This document shows positions 13,401-24,494 of a DNA stretch of 64,000 bases, in pieces. The notes under the pieces were generated by a model, which was not told the origin of the DNA, did no database searches, and was given only the letters and a program-made list of their open reading frames with translations. The number at the start of each line of letters is the position of its first letter. The first letter of the stretch is position 1. The stretch spans positions 21,762,001 to 21,826,000 of the forward strand of contig NC_087257.1 of the NCBI RefSeq assembly GCF_037042905.1, given 5' to 3'. The translations under genes were made by a program, and so were the position numbers. The stretch is from Lytechinus pictus (Eukaryota).

Positions 13401-16400
13401 AAAGTTTTTATCTGAGCTGCCCTTGATTTTTTTATTTATTTATTTGACAAGTTTGAACAACCCAGTGGCAGTGATGACAAACTTTACATTATTTCTAACC
13501 TGTAAAGGTGGTCATTTCTTTGATCAAGTAATTCCAAGGACAAGGGTGTTTGGAAAGGAGCAAGCACACTCTCATCTTGATACTCATCTGCATGATCACT
13601 GAAACTGAAAAAAAGGAAAAACAAGAACATTTAATATCTGATACACAATAATAAAGAAATTTAATCAAAGGCACGTCAAGGTCATGGCCTTAATGCCCTG
13701 CTCACTTGACTCGAGATATTTTGATACCCTTCTCAATTTTCCCCCAACTGTGCTGTTATTAAAAAAAGTGCCAAACTATATGTGCCCTTGCCCTAAAATA
13801 AGCAAAGTTTAGGGCCTATAAGAACAACAAGTGGAACGCCTCTGGTAGTCTCGCCTGCATTACGCGATTTAATATAGCAGCAGTGCTAACTTTGAGAACT
13901 ACTATAAAATAATCATTCACAAAAACACCATTCATATAATGACATAATACCACATTCATTGACCATAAATGACATTTGAACGGTGACTTAAGACTTGTCA
14001 ACTACACCCATGTCCACATTTCATTCACTCTATCCATAAACTTTCAAAGTTATGATGGCAATTCAACAATTACCCCAACATAGCCTAAGTTTATTGACCT
14101 TAACTGACCTTTGACCTTGTTTTGGGACCTTAAACTCACAGGGGATGTTCAGTGATACTTGATTACTCTTATGTCCAAGTTTTATGAAGTAGATCCATAA
14201 ACTTTCAGAGTTAGGATGGTAATTTAACAAATACCCCCAACACGGAGTTCATTGACCTTAAATGACCATTGACCATGGTCATGTGACCTGAAACTCGCAC
14301 AGGATATTCAGTGGTACTTGATTAACCTAATGTCCAAATTTCATGAACTAGATCCGTAAATTTTCAAAGTTATGATGGTAATTCAACAAATACACCCAAC
14401 TTGGCCAAAGTTCATTGACCTTAAATGACCTTTGACCTTGGTAATGTGACCTGAAACTCGGGCAGGATGTTCACTAATACTTGATTAACCTTATGTCTAA
14501 GTTTCATGAACTAGATCCATAAATTTTCAAAGTTATGATAGTAATTCAACAAATACCCCCAACTTGACCAAAGTTCATTGACCCTAAATGACCTTTGACT
14601 TTGATCACGTGAAACTCAAGCAGGATGTTCACTAATACTCGATTAACCTTATGCTTAAGTTTCATGAACTAGGTCCATATACTTTCTAAGTTATGATGTC
14701 ATTTCAAAAACTTAACCTTCGGTTAAGATTTTGAAAATAATTCTCCTAACATGGTCTAAGTTCATTGACCCTAAATGACCTTTGACCTTGGTCATGTGAC
14801 CTGAAACTCAGGCAGGATATTAAGTAATACTTGATTAATCTTATGTTAAAGTTTCATGAACTAGGTCGATATACTTTCTAAGTTATGATGTAATTTCAAA
14901 AACTTAACCTTAGGTTAAGATTTGATGTTGACGCCGCCGCCGTCGGAAAAGCGGCGCCTATAGTCTCGCTCTGCTATGCAGGCGAGACAAAAACAACAAT
15001 TTTTAACAAGTGGAATATGTTTGGCAGTCTTGCCTGTATTGTATGTAAAATGTCTGATTTTGCTGTCCGCAATTCTTACTTGTTCACTAGTTGCAGGGAG
15101 TCCTGACATGGTAGCCATGCATATTCCCCAAAATGTTTTCATAAGGGTTTGATTTCCAACCATAAGGCAGTGTCAACATTTGTTGGAAAAGGGTGTTTTG
15201 TTTTTAAGAAAAGAGGTGAGGGCCTACTGTTTAGCAGGTCCTTCAATGTTTACAACATTTAGGGGTAGATATTTTACATACTCTTTACGCCATTTATGCT
15301 GTTTATGGGTAAATTTGACACCAAGGATATATTTTGGGGTACCCTGGAGTAAAGCCTTACCTTAGACATAAATGAAAAATTGTGAAGATAGGACTTTGTC
15401 TAAAATTGAATTAACTCTAGGTCTCTACTCAATAAATCTATCCATCTAAATAACAAACATGCCAATGAGTCTCACAGGGTACTCCGAGCTGAAATATATT
15501 TATACCTAAATAAATAGAATAAAATCAACAAAGCCAAGTGCTGAAAATTTCATCAAAATCTGATAACAAATAACAAAGTAATTGAGATTAAAAGTTTAGC
15601 AATATTTGTGAAAACAGTTATACAGTGCGTCCCAGAAAAATCAAAACCGAGATTCATCGATGATTTATCATAACTTATTCTTTATCAAATTCATAAATGA
15701 CCTATTATTTTAAAGCTTAGAATCTCCTCTTTCATTTAATGAAATCAATATGACCAAGATGTTACGCATGAATGAGTAAAAACAATTTGAAAAGAGAAAA
15801 ACAAAAAGTCGTTTGGCGGGCGGTATCTGAATTTTTTCTTTTAAATCTACATTTTTCAAAAGTCCATCTTTTGCCCTTTAAGATGACACCAAAACCAACA
15901 AAATTGCTTCACAAATAAAAAAGTTATGCTAATTTGAAATAGTGCTCGCATTTCAATAATTTCACCCAATAAATTTGTTCAACTATTGCCCGTCCTAGCA
16001 CTAGACAAAGGTAACAAAAGAAATTATGCTTGGGTGATTTCCAGTGAAAGTAACTGGCTAGTCAGTGTTAATTAAGCGAGCTGAGAATTATTATCGTTAT
16101 CACCTTCTGTTTTAACATGCAATTAACTACAGACGAACTAGTATTTCTTGTAACAGAGTGGGGACAATCTGAGAGCCTTCAGCAAGTTGCTGAGGCTTTT
16201 CGATGTTGCTTCCCCGGTCAACAGGTACCAGCCAAGTCAACTATTTGGCGCAACAGAAGAAAATACCAAGAAGAGGGTATGAGTCTGAACTTGAACAAGG
16301 GTAGGTCGGGTCGGAGGAGAACGGTTAGGTCTGCTGACAACATCGATCGTGTAAGGCGCACTCTGGAGCAGAACCCACACCTATCTGCAAGAAGGAATGG

Positions 16401-19400
16401 AATGGGAATATCCAAGTTGTCATTCTAACAAATCGTCAGGACCGACATCAAGTGGTACCCATTTCGCATGATATGCCGTCATCAACTTTTACCTGGTGAC
16501 CTACCAAGGAGACGAGTGGCTGCTGGCGAGAGGCCCACGGTTCATTACAAATATTGTGATAGGAGATGAAGCATCTTTCTTCATGAATGGGCGAGTAAAC
16601 AGTCAGAACGTGGTGGTGAATCACCACCATTCCACTTTGATTGCAATATCTCACGAGAAAAGCTATCGGTCTGGATGGGAATGTGTGGGAATGGAGTGCT
16701 GATTGGCCCTATTTTCTTCAATAACAACCTCGACGGAAACGGCTATCTTCGCATCATCAACGAAAAGAGATCGTTCCTCACTTGGAAGCACTTTTCCCGC
16801 GCCAGGAAGATGGTAGCTTCAGTGAGATATGGTGGATTCAAGATGGGGCTCCAGCTCATCGCAGAAACCTCGTGACGGAACGGTTGGCTGAGCTCTTCAA
16901 TGAGAGGGTGGTCGCAACTCATCATCCTGTGGAGTGGCCTCCTAGATCCCCCGACCTCACGCCATGCGACTTCTTCTTGTGGGGCTACCTAAAGAACAAG
17001 GTGTTCATGAGCCCACCGTTTGACCTAGCAGACCTTCGGAGGAGAATCGTTGCTGAAGTCGAGTCTCTACGACAGCATCCTCGCACGATCTGCCATGCCA
17101 TGAGAGCCATGGTATCCCATGCAGAACTATGTGTTGAAAGGAACGGCGGCCACGTTGAAACACGATGAATAAAATAAGGAAAGAACTTACTTATGAACCA
17201 CATACGTTAATAAAGTGAAAAAATGTGTGTTTATGAATCTCTTTTTGGTCACCATCTTTTTTTTAAACAAGCAAAAGTGAGAGAGGTCGATTGAAAATGT
17301 TTGTGGAAAAATTCAGAGGGGGGGGGGGTTGAGAAAAATGGGATAAGAGTGAATTGAGTTAATTTACCGTGATTGGGAAGGGCAAAGGGATGAACAGAGA
17401 AAATAACAATCGGAGTTGAAGGAAAAAAGATCGATTATTTGATCATGATAATCATAATAACAAAGAAAAGCTCACTGAGTGGCAGATCCATGGGGGGTAG
17501 ATGATCAAAACCCTTCCCCCGTCCCTTTAGCTGCCAAGTAAAAGTAACTACATACATATTGGAGCCAACCCCAAATTACCTCTTTTTTTTTGGGGGGGGG
17601 GGGGCTTGTGAAATTGTCGGTCAATTCCCCTCCTTGGAAAAAAGCTAGATCCAACTCTGAAAGTCATTTAGTTTTCTGTAAATTACACAGCTTAAATAGG
17701 GTCAAAATTATATCACAATCAGAAAGAGAGCTTAATAAATATTATTCTGATATTTCATTGGTAATCATCCATGCATTAATTCTTTTCTTACCTTTGTCTC
17801 TTGCTAGTATGTGCAACAGTTGAAAATAATTATTGAGTGAAATTATTGAAATGCAAGTACTATTTTAAATGAACATAACTTTTTTATTTGTGAAGCAATT
17901 TTGTTGGTTTGGTGTCATATTGAAGTGCAGAAAATGGACTTTTATAAAATGTAGATTTCAGAGAGAATTTCAGATACCGCCCGCCAAACGACTTTTTGGT
18001 CTCCTCTCTTCAAATTGTTTTTACTCATTCATCCGTGACACATTGGTCATATTGATTTCATTAAATGAAAGAGGAGATTATAAGCTTTAAAATGGTGGGT
18101 CATTTGTGAATTTTGATAAAGAATAAGTTATGATAAATCATCAATCAATCTCGGTTTTGTTTTTTCTGGGACGCACTGTATGCACATTATCATGAATATT
18201 AATTAATTAGGTGGGCTGATGATGTCATATCCCAACTTTCCTTTTTCTTATGTGATTACATGAAATCATAATTATTTCACTTTTTTCATACAAATTTGAA
18301 TGATATCTCTCCCTTATGATAAAATAAGTTGCAGGATTGAATATCTAGATTCTAACGCACTAACATTAGATCTAAATCAGTTGTACATTAAATTTTTTTT
18401 AGTTTTGGGCGAAAAAATTAATAAACCTAATTTCATATAATAAAATACAAAACAAGCGGGGATATGACACCATCAGTTTGCCAATTGAATATTCATGAAG
18501 ACAGGCACAGAACTATTTGACAGAAATTATGCAAATCTAGGCCTAGTTAAAAATGTCAATTTGTCATAACTTTGTTATTTCTTAATAATAATCATTGTCT
18601 GATTTCGATCAAATTTTCAGTATTTTGTTTGTCTGATAACTTTATTTTCATCTAGGAGTATACATGTAGTCACGTATTACCGGACACTATCATGATTCCG
18701 GACGTGCATATTCCTGCGTACGAAAACAATTTCGTACCGTAAGACTTCCGCAATTCAATTTCACAGAGCAATACATAGAACAAGATTGCAAAAACAAGGA
18801 GGAAAAAATCAAACTTTTACCTTACTTATTTCTAAAAATGATAGAAAATGCTTATATGTGCAGTGTTTTGCATGAACAATTATTGATGTATTTTTTTATG
18901 GAAATATGGGCCTGATTTGCCGAATTTCAATCTCGTCCGCTCCTTCAATCGAAAGTTCAGGTATGGTGTAATGTGGGTGATCGTCGACGGCTAGCTAAGG
19001 TATTCCTGTGTGCAAGGTTTACCGCGATTATTAGAGCTGTCGACGATCGACAGCGCATCGATAGAACTTAAGTTGATGAGCGTCATGATACAAACGAGCA
19101 TAACATTGGAAAGTGCCATTGATCATGGAGCTAACAAGAAAAAATAAAATCAGTTAGCAAACAAAATTTTATTACCAACATCTGCTCAGATTCGGTATGA
19201 AAAAAGCAAACAAAAACTTAAAATTTACGCATGATATGATGTATGAAGAAAAAAATCACACAAATTCTTTCTTGCATTATGATAATGAAGAATATCTTTA
19301 CCTGTCTGGAATCATGATGTAATTTGTCACACAGGAAAATAATTATTTTTTTATGGAGGGGTATGCGGCAAGTGCTATGCAAAGAAAACGGTTGGTTAAT

Positions 19401-20426
19401 ATAAAATAATTTTATCATATTCATAATTTTCATATTTGGAATAGTAAGTGCAAAAGTGTCCGGTAATAGGATACACTGCCATTACTTTTTAGACCAAAAG
19501 CTTCGGACTCTGTTGATATGTTGGTTGTTCCGCTGAACCCGGTTGGCTCCACTCACCAAATACAGAGACCGAAGTTCTAGCGCGATTTGTACAGGGGACT
19601 CAGTCAATGGCCATATGTTTATGTATTAAGTTCGGATAAAACAGGGAAGTGAAGTTGCGCGACAGCCGAACTGCCCGAAGTAAGTCACTGTTTTTTCCCC
19701 CTTTAAAGTTTATTTTTCCCCGTTTTGGTGCATTTCAGGCCATTTCAGGAATAATCTTTATTTTGGTACGGTACAGTTCTTTTTATATATTTTCATGAAA
19801 TAAAGACAAAAATCTACGAGCCCCGACGGGGGGATTTTGCATTGTAAGTCCCCTAATGCCAGTAATGGTAGCTGCACAATAGCGAGCCGTTTGTGTGAGG
19901 AGAAATTAAAAAAATAAAAAAATGTTTAAAAAACTCCTCGAAACAGACGGCTGCCAGCTGTCTACGGCTATACCCTTTAATATTTCTGAATCAATGACAT
20001 CACAATCACATGACTGAATTTACGAAAAACATGCAACTTTGACTCAACGAAAACACGTCAACGACATTGCAAATGCAGCTGTGCAAGGGAAAAAAGACAA
20101 AGCCCGCGCCGAAGCGGAATCAACACCGCAATCTCAACCGGAGCACCGGGGTAGGTGGCAAACCAATTTCCGTACACTTACCATTTCATTAACAACCTTG
20201 CAAAACCATCGTCGCTGTTTACGGTCGCTTTTTCCCTCAGTTTCCTCCATTGTTGGAAAGTTTTCACATGAAGTCGAATTCTTCTTCTGTCTTGTTCAAC
20301 ATCGACCCTTTCTCTATACCTCGCCCGTGCTCTAGCCTGGGAAACTTTCCTTTCCTCGTCTGAAATTCTAGGTCGTCCACGTCCTCTTTTCTTTGGGACC
20401 TCCATTTTTACAAACAATGGCCTCAT
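10344..20426 (-). CDS. Uncharacterised AT-hook protein with ZNF653-like N-terminus, ~430 aa (423 aa from Met at 20405); coding exons 20182-20426, 13500-13604, 12209-12263, 11032-11679, 10344-10583
   Basis: All junctions GT-AG with matching phases (2,2,0,0), total 1293 nt open. AT-hooks KKRGRGRPR and KRK|RGRPPG (spliced across an intron). N-terminal RRIRLHVKTFQQWRKLREK..SDDGFARLL motif; S/P-rich middle. Confidence 0.8.
12715..13320. mobile_element. Kolobok-like palindromic non-autonomous element
   Basis: TTAA TSD at 12711-14 and 13321-24; termini AGGGAT / ATCCCT; >200-bp inverted arms (GCTGAAAATTTCATCAAAATCGGA..., GTGGGCTGATGA...). Confidence 0.85.
13826..14993 (+). mobile_element. Helentron-associated / Pearl-type non-autonomous element with internal ~160-bp tandem array
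   Basis: Subterminal inverted repeat GTCTCGCCTGCAT (13848-60) / ATGCAGGCGAGAC (14976-88); 3' hairpin GTCTCGC..GCGAGAC; ~5.5 internal units; a second truncated start at ~15005. Confidence 0.7.
15623..18178 (+). mobile_element. Tc1/mariner DD41D (rosa/Visitor-group) transposon with ~430-bp long TIRs
   Basis: TA TSD at 15621-22 and 18179-80; TIRs CAGTGCGTCCCAGAAAAA... / ...TTTTTCTGGGACGCACTG extending to ~16049 and from ~17753. Confidence 0.93.
16117..17168 (+). pseudogene. Disrupted DD41D transposase
   Basis: N-terminal HTH-like region (GRSGRRRTVRS), IVIGDEASF, QDGAPAH, WPPRSPDLTPCDFFLWGYLK, NGGHVE. 41 residues between the 2nd and 3rd catalytic D. In-frame stop at 16426-28 plus frameshifts. 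Confidence 0.92.
18668..19478. mobile_element. Non-autonomous TIR element
   Basis: Inverted ends TATTACCGGACACT / AGTGTCCGGTAATA. Confidence 0.55.
19480..19980 (+). repeat. ~500-bp dispersed repeat, copy 1 (Kolobok-like CCCTTTAA end)
   Basis: Closely similar to 37795-38300. Confidence 0.85.
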
Positions 20427-20535
20427 AGTCTACCTTCAAGCCGCGCTCAATCACGTTTGTTTGCATCAATAAATTGGAGAATGACAGAAAATTTTTACTA
20501 TTACCCTTACATTGCATTTTAGAATAGTGCTGCGA

Positions 20536-20706
20536 GTCATCATCATCAACATCATTATCATCATCACCACCATCGCCATCATTCATTTCCATCACAGTTA
20601 TCATCATCATCATCACCATCCACATCATCATCAATTCATCATCACCATATTTTCTTCATTATTATATCGTCACCATCATCATCATCATTTTATATCATCA
20701 CCATCA
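20536..20706. repeat. (CAT/CAC)n microsatellite upstream of the AT-hook gene
   Basis: Direct inspection. Confidence 0.9.
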
Positions 20707-20919
20707 GAGATAATAAATAGTAAATACACAAAAAAAATTACATTTCAAATAACTTCTTTAATTTCAATCCAAAAATGAATCAGGAATCTATACTCATTTG
20801 CAAACAATTCAATCGTTCTTTCAAAAGGAAATGATTTTGTTAACCATTGTTATCATGGAGTAGAGTAATAAAAGATGATTTTGTATTCTTACTGCAACTT
20901 TTCTGGTAAATTGGTTTAC

Positions 20920-21330
20920 ATCCAGTCTCTACTTTCAATTTGGTCTCATCCCACGCGATCTAATCCCAGTTCATAGACGTCCAGTTTTTCTAGTAAATAT
21001 TTGGCCTAATTACAATCTCAATCAGGCCGTTCACCATTTTGTCTGATTTCCATATAGTTTTTACCCGTTTTGTCAAATATCCAATTGGTCTAACACCATA
21101 TGATTAGGTGAACTGAATCAAATTTCCACTTGGCAACTTAAAGCAAATAAAAGACAATGTGAAAATTGGCCATGAGGCTAAATAATAAATAGACCAATTG
21201 TCAATTAGACGAAGTAATGGGTGGACTACACATTTTAGTAGGCTTAACTGATAGAAGTCCAAATATTTTTTAGCTACAATGGCATAGACAATCTGAGGAT
21301 TAGACCATCTGCTAGTAGACCAAATCGATA
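20920..21330. repeat. Degenerate foldback built of short TTGGTCTA / TAGACCAA motifs
   Basis: TTGGTCT-type motifs in the left half and TAGACCA-type motifs in the right half. Confidence 0.45.
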
Positions 21331-22603
21331 CTAACCTCTTTTCTCACATAGACATAAATTGCACAATCTTTGCCAAAAATAGCCTTCTTTTATATACAAA
21401 CCATATCATAGAACGAGAACCTACACTTGTGCTACACAATCGACATTCAGAATGTGATGCTACACAGGCAGAGAATATCTAGGACAGAAATGTCTAAGTG
21501 ATTATTCATACTCAACAAGAAATGTAAATTCTGTACATATTTCACTTTAAAGGCTTCGAAAATGAGGAAAATTTTTGAAAGATGAAAGAAAAGGATGGAA
21601 AAAATACAATCGAGTTAAGAATTGAAAGATAAATAATCAAATCATATCTTTTTAATAATGATATTTCTTGTAGCACATAATATTTCAAAAAAGGGAATAA
21701 TGATTCATCATAACAGATATTTCCCATACATATGAATAAATTTCCAGTTGTTTTTTTCCCCAATCAAGAAGAAAGGTAATAAGTAAGAGGGATATGACAT
21801 AAGTGACCCCATCCCCTATCCAATGATTTGCAATCTACGTTATCATGATAAAATCATATCACCCTTTTCATTAAAAAAAACATCATTGCTTTACTTATAA
21901 ACACTGATCTTTACCAAATTGAAATAATTCATTTCCTTTTCATTGATGATTACTTTGCCAATAATATTAACTAGGACAGGACTCCAGAGCCAATCAAAGC
22001 CAGGATTAGGTTTCATAAAACTTGTTACCAATAATAAATGCTTGAAATCAACAAGACTTGACCAGTCAAATTGCATGATTTAAGAAGCCTGTAGCAATAG
22101 CTGGTAATGAGTGATAAAGAATTTTAAAACTCCATTGACATTAAATCTGTTTTTACCAACCAGTCAATTTTTTTTTTATATGTCTGTTAGAAAATTCATT
22201 ATCATTTCAATGCAATTTTGTAGCTTTTGCTGGAAAAAAAAAAAATCCATCAACAATTAAGTGCATTAATGACAAAATAATTATCATTGGTTGTTAAGTG
22301 TTAAACAGAGACAAAACATAATACAACATACTAACTATACAACCCACAACTTACATTCCTACTACAATACCCTATCTTGGATCCCCCTCTCTCATCTGAA
22401 TATATTTGAGCTACAATAATACATAAAATAAACTAGTATTGATGAGCATAGCTCTATGAAACCATATATACTGTATTAATAAGACAGTGGTGCCAGACCA
22501 TCTCAAACAGAAGACTGAAGGGGCAGACCATTGTGTGTTAACATGGCTTGCCGTAACTTCTGAAGGTTTCCATGGCAAAGAGTGTACTGGTAGTGGTCTT
22601 AGG

Positions 22604-22778
22604 GGTACACCATGTATTTATTTGTGGGCATATGCTGGTCTTAAAAAGGACCACCCAAACTCGATGTTTAGACAAATGTGTTCTTGTCATCTTCAGAAGA
22701 ACACACTTGTCGAAACATCGAGTTTGGGTGGTCCTTTTCAGGACCAGCATATGCCCACAAAAGAATACATGGTGTACC
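22604..22778. repeat. Near-perfect palindrome / foldback MITE (~82-bp arms)
   Basis: GGTACACCATGTATT...ACCACCCAAACTCGATGTTT / AAACATCGAGTTTGGGTGGT...AATACATGGTGTACC. Confidence 0.9.
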
Positions 22779-23953
22779 ATGAAATCACCACACTAAGGCT
22801 TACCCCTTCAATCCCTTGATCAGGATAATCTCAGTACACAAAAGAACGGAATGGTAGACCACTGTGAGGAACAGGGCTTGCCCCTTTAATTTTTGTTTGA
22901 TCAGAAAACTTGGCCACTCTTTCAGCGAAGAGTAACTGATGCTCTTTAAAACACAACTGTCCACTTATAAAGTAAGGCAAATATGAACGTGCTTGTAATA
23001 AACTCCACCAAAACAAAAAATATTATCAAGATATTCTGTGAACTTTGTTTTCTACTTTTGGTGATTGTGAACATCATCGGGACAGACCATGTCTGTGGAT
23101 GTAAATTAAAGAGATACAACTGGTATACACAATTGATTATAACTTTAATTTACAATCAATTACATGGTTCACCATACATTTTATTGTACATTAGATTGTC
23201 AAACAATTGATTGCAAAACAATTAGTTGCATCTCTTAACCGTAACAAGACCCTTGGCCCTGTAACTTGAAGGAGATGCAGTTGATATTTGCGCTTTACAA
23301 TTGATTGCACCTTCTATGCTACAGGGCCCAGTTGAATGTTTTCATGAAAACTTGTAACTAATACACCTTTCAGTAACTCGCTGGTCCGGACAAGGCCCAG
23401 GCTATTTTGGAGCTGCTTTCATCAGCACCAGACCAGCGCCAGGCCCACACTAGGTACCAACCAAAGAGATTATGAATGATAGCAGCACCAGGGCCAAAAT
23501 TCCTCACACAAAGGTAACGATACGGAGCACGGAAACTCTGTATTATGGCGTGTTCAGTTACCATGACAATTATCCCTTTTGTACTAGAGTTTTTGAATTT
23601 GTGATCATAAAAGTAGCACGGCTCTGCTATAGTTGCTGAGCGCAATTTGTATTGTGTGGTGATTTTAGTGCTGGCCTTGTGCGGACCAAAAAATCATGAG
23701 TTAGTGAAAACGGTACCAGGTACCTTGTCAAAGGTCGAAGCAGCGTCCTTCATGCAGGAATCCCGCAACCAACCTTTCATTACAGATTCTCACACTTCAT
23801 CACAGACAAAATGATGGGGAGTGCAGGCAAGCCGCTATAAAAGATGCGTAGTGCCTTAATAGCTGGATTCCCGCAAGAAAAAGAGACATTTTGACAGGAT
23901 ACCTAATTGGCATTGACAAATTATCCAATCAAACATGAGGATTTCAGTCGCTT

Positions 23954-24351
23954 ATAGAGTAATGAAGTGTGATGTCATCAATTGTCACTTTTGCATTTCA
24001 GCATTTTTTATACCATATTCTGGTAGAGCATGATGGAAAACCCCCACAACACAAATGTTGTGGGAATCAGTCCGTGGGGACCCAAGATATGACCTCATGA
24101 ATACCTAATTAGCCCCATTGACATCAATGTATTATTGGCCTGTTTCTAAATGTTAGGAACCAGGCCAATAATATATTGACTTCAATAGGGCTAATTATGT
24201 ATTCCTGGGGTCATATCTCAGGCCCCCATGGACCGATTTTCACAAAATTTCCGAAGTGGGGGCTTTTCATCATGCTCTACGGGAATATGGTATCAAAACA
24301 TGCTGAAATGCAAAAAATGTTTTTTGTGACATCTTCACTTTGGTACTCTAT
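23954..24351. mobile_element. ~400-bp foldback element just downstream of the CCDC47 stop
   Basis: ~195-bp inverted arms centred on TATTATTGGCCTGTTTCTAA..TTAGGAACCAGGCCAATAATA; ends ATAGAGTA / TACTCTAT. Confidence 0.85.
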
Positions 24352-24494
24352 TACAATTCATTGAAAATCATTGACAAGATCGACATTAGACGCTCCACTA
24401 AGCCTACTTGTATCAGAGAAATATGGATGTGAACTAGAATTGACGGGTGATATGGTGCTAAAGTCTTGGCTGAGAGAGGGATCCTAGTAGCTCT

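Larger units (their letters stand above)
15476..18660. mobile_element. Older copy of the Kolobok-like family of 12715-13320, split by the mariner insertion (halves ~15476-15620 and 18181-18660)
   Basis: Both halves align by eye with 12715-13320 and join across the TA insertion site. Confidence 0.7.

Noticed and set aside
12263-20182. In-frame TGA (selenocysteine) at an exon 1-exon 3 junction
   Set aside because: An intervening phase-compatible exon (13500-13604) gives TGT/Cys and an open frame. No SECIS was identified.
22487-22819. Mirror-image ORFs on opposite strands
   Set aside because: Artefact of the 22604-22778 palindrome.
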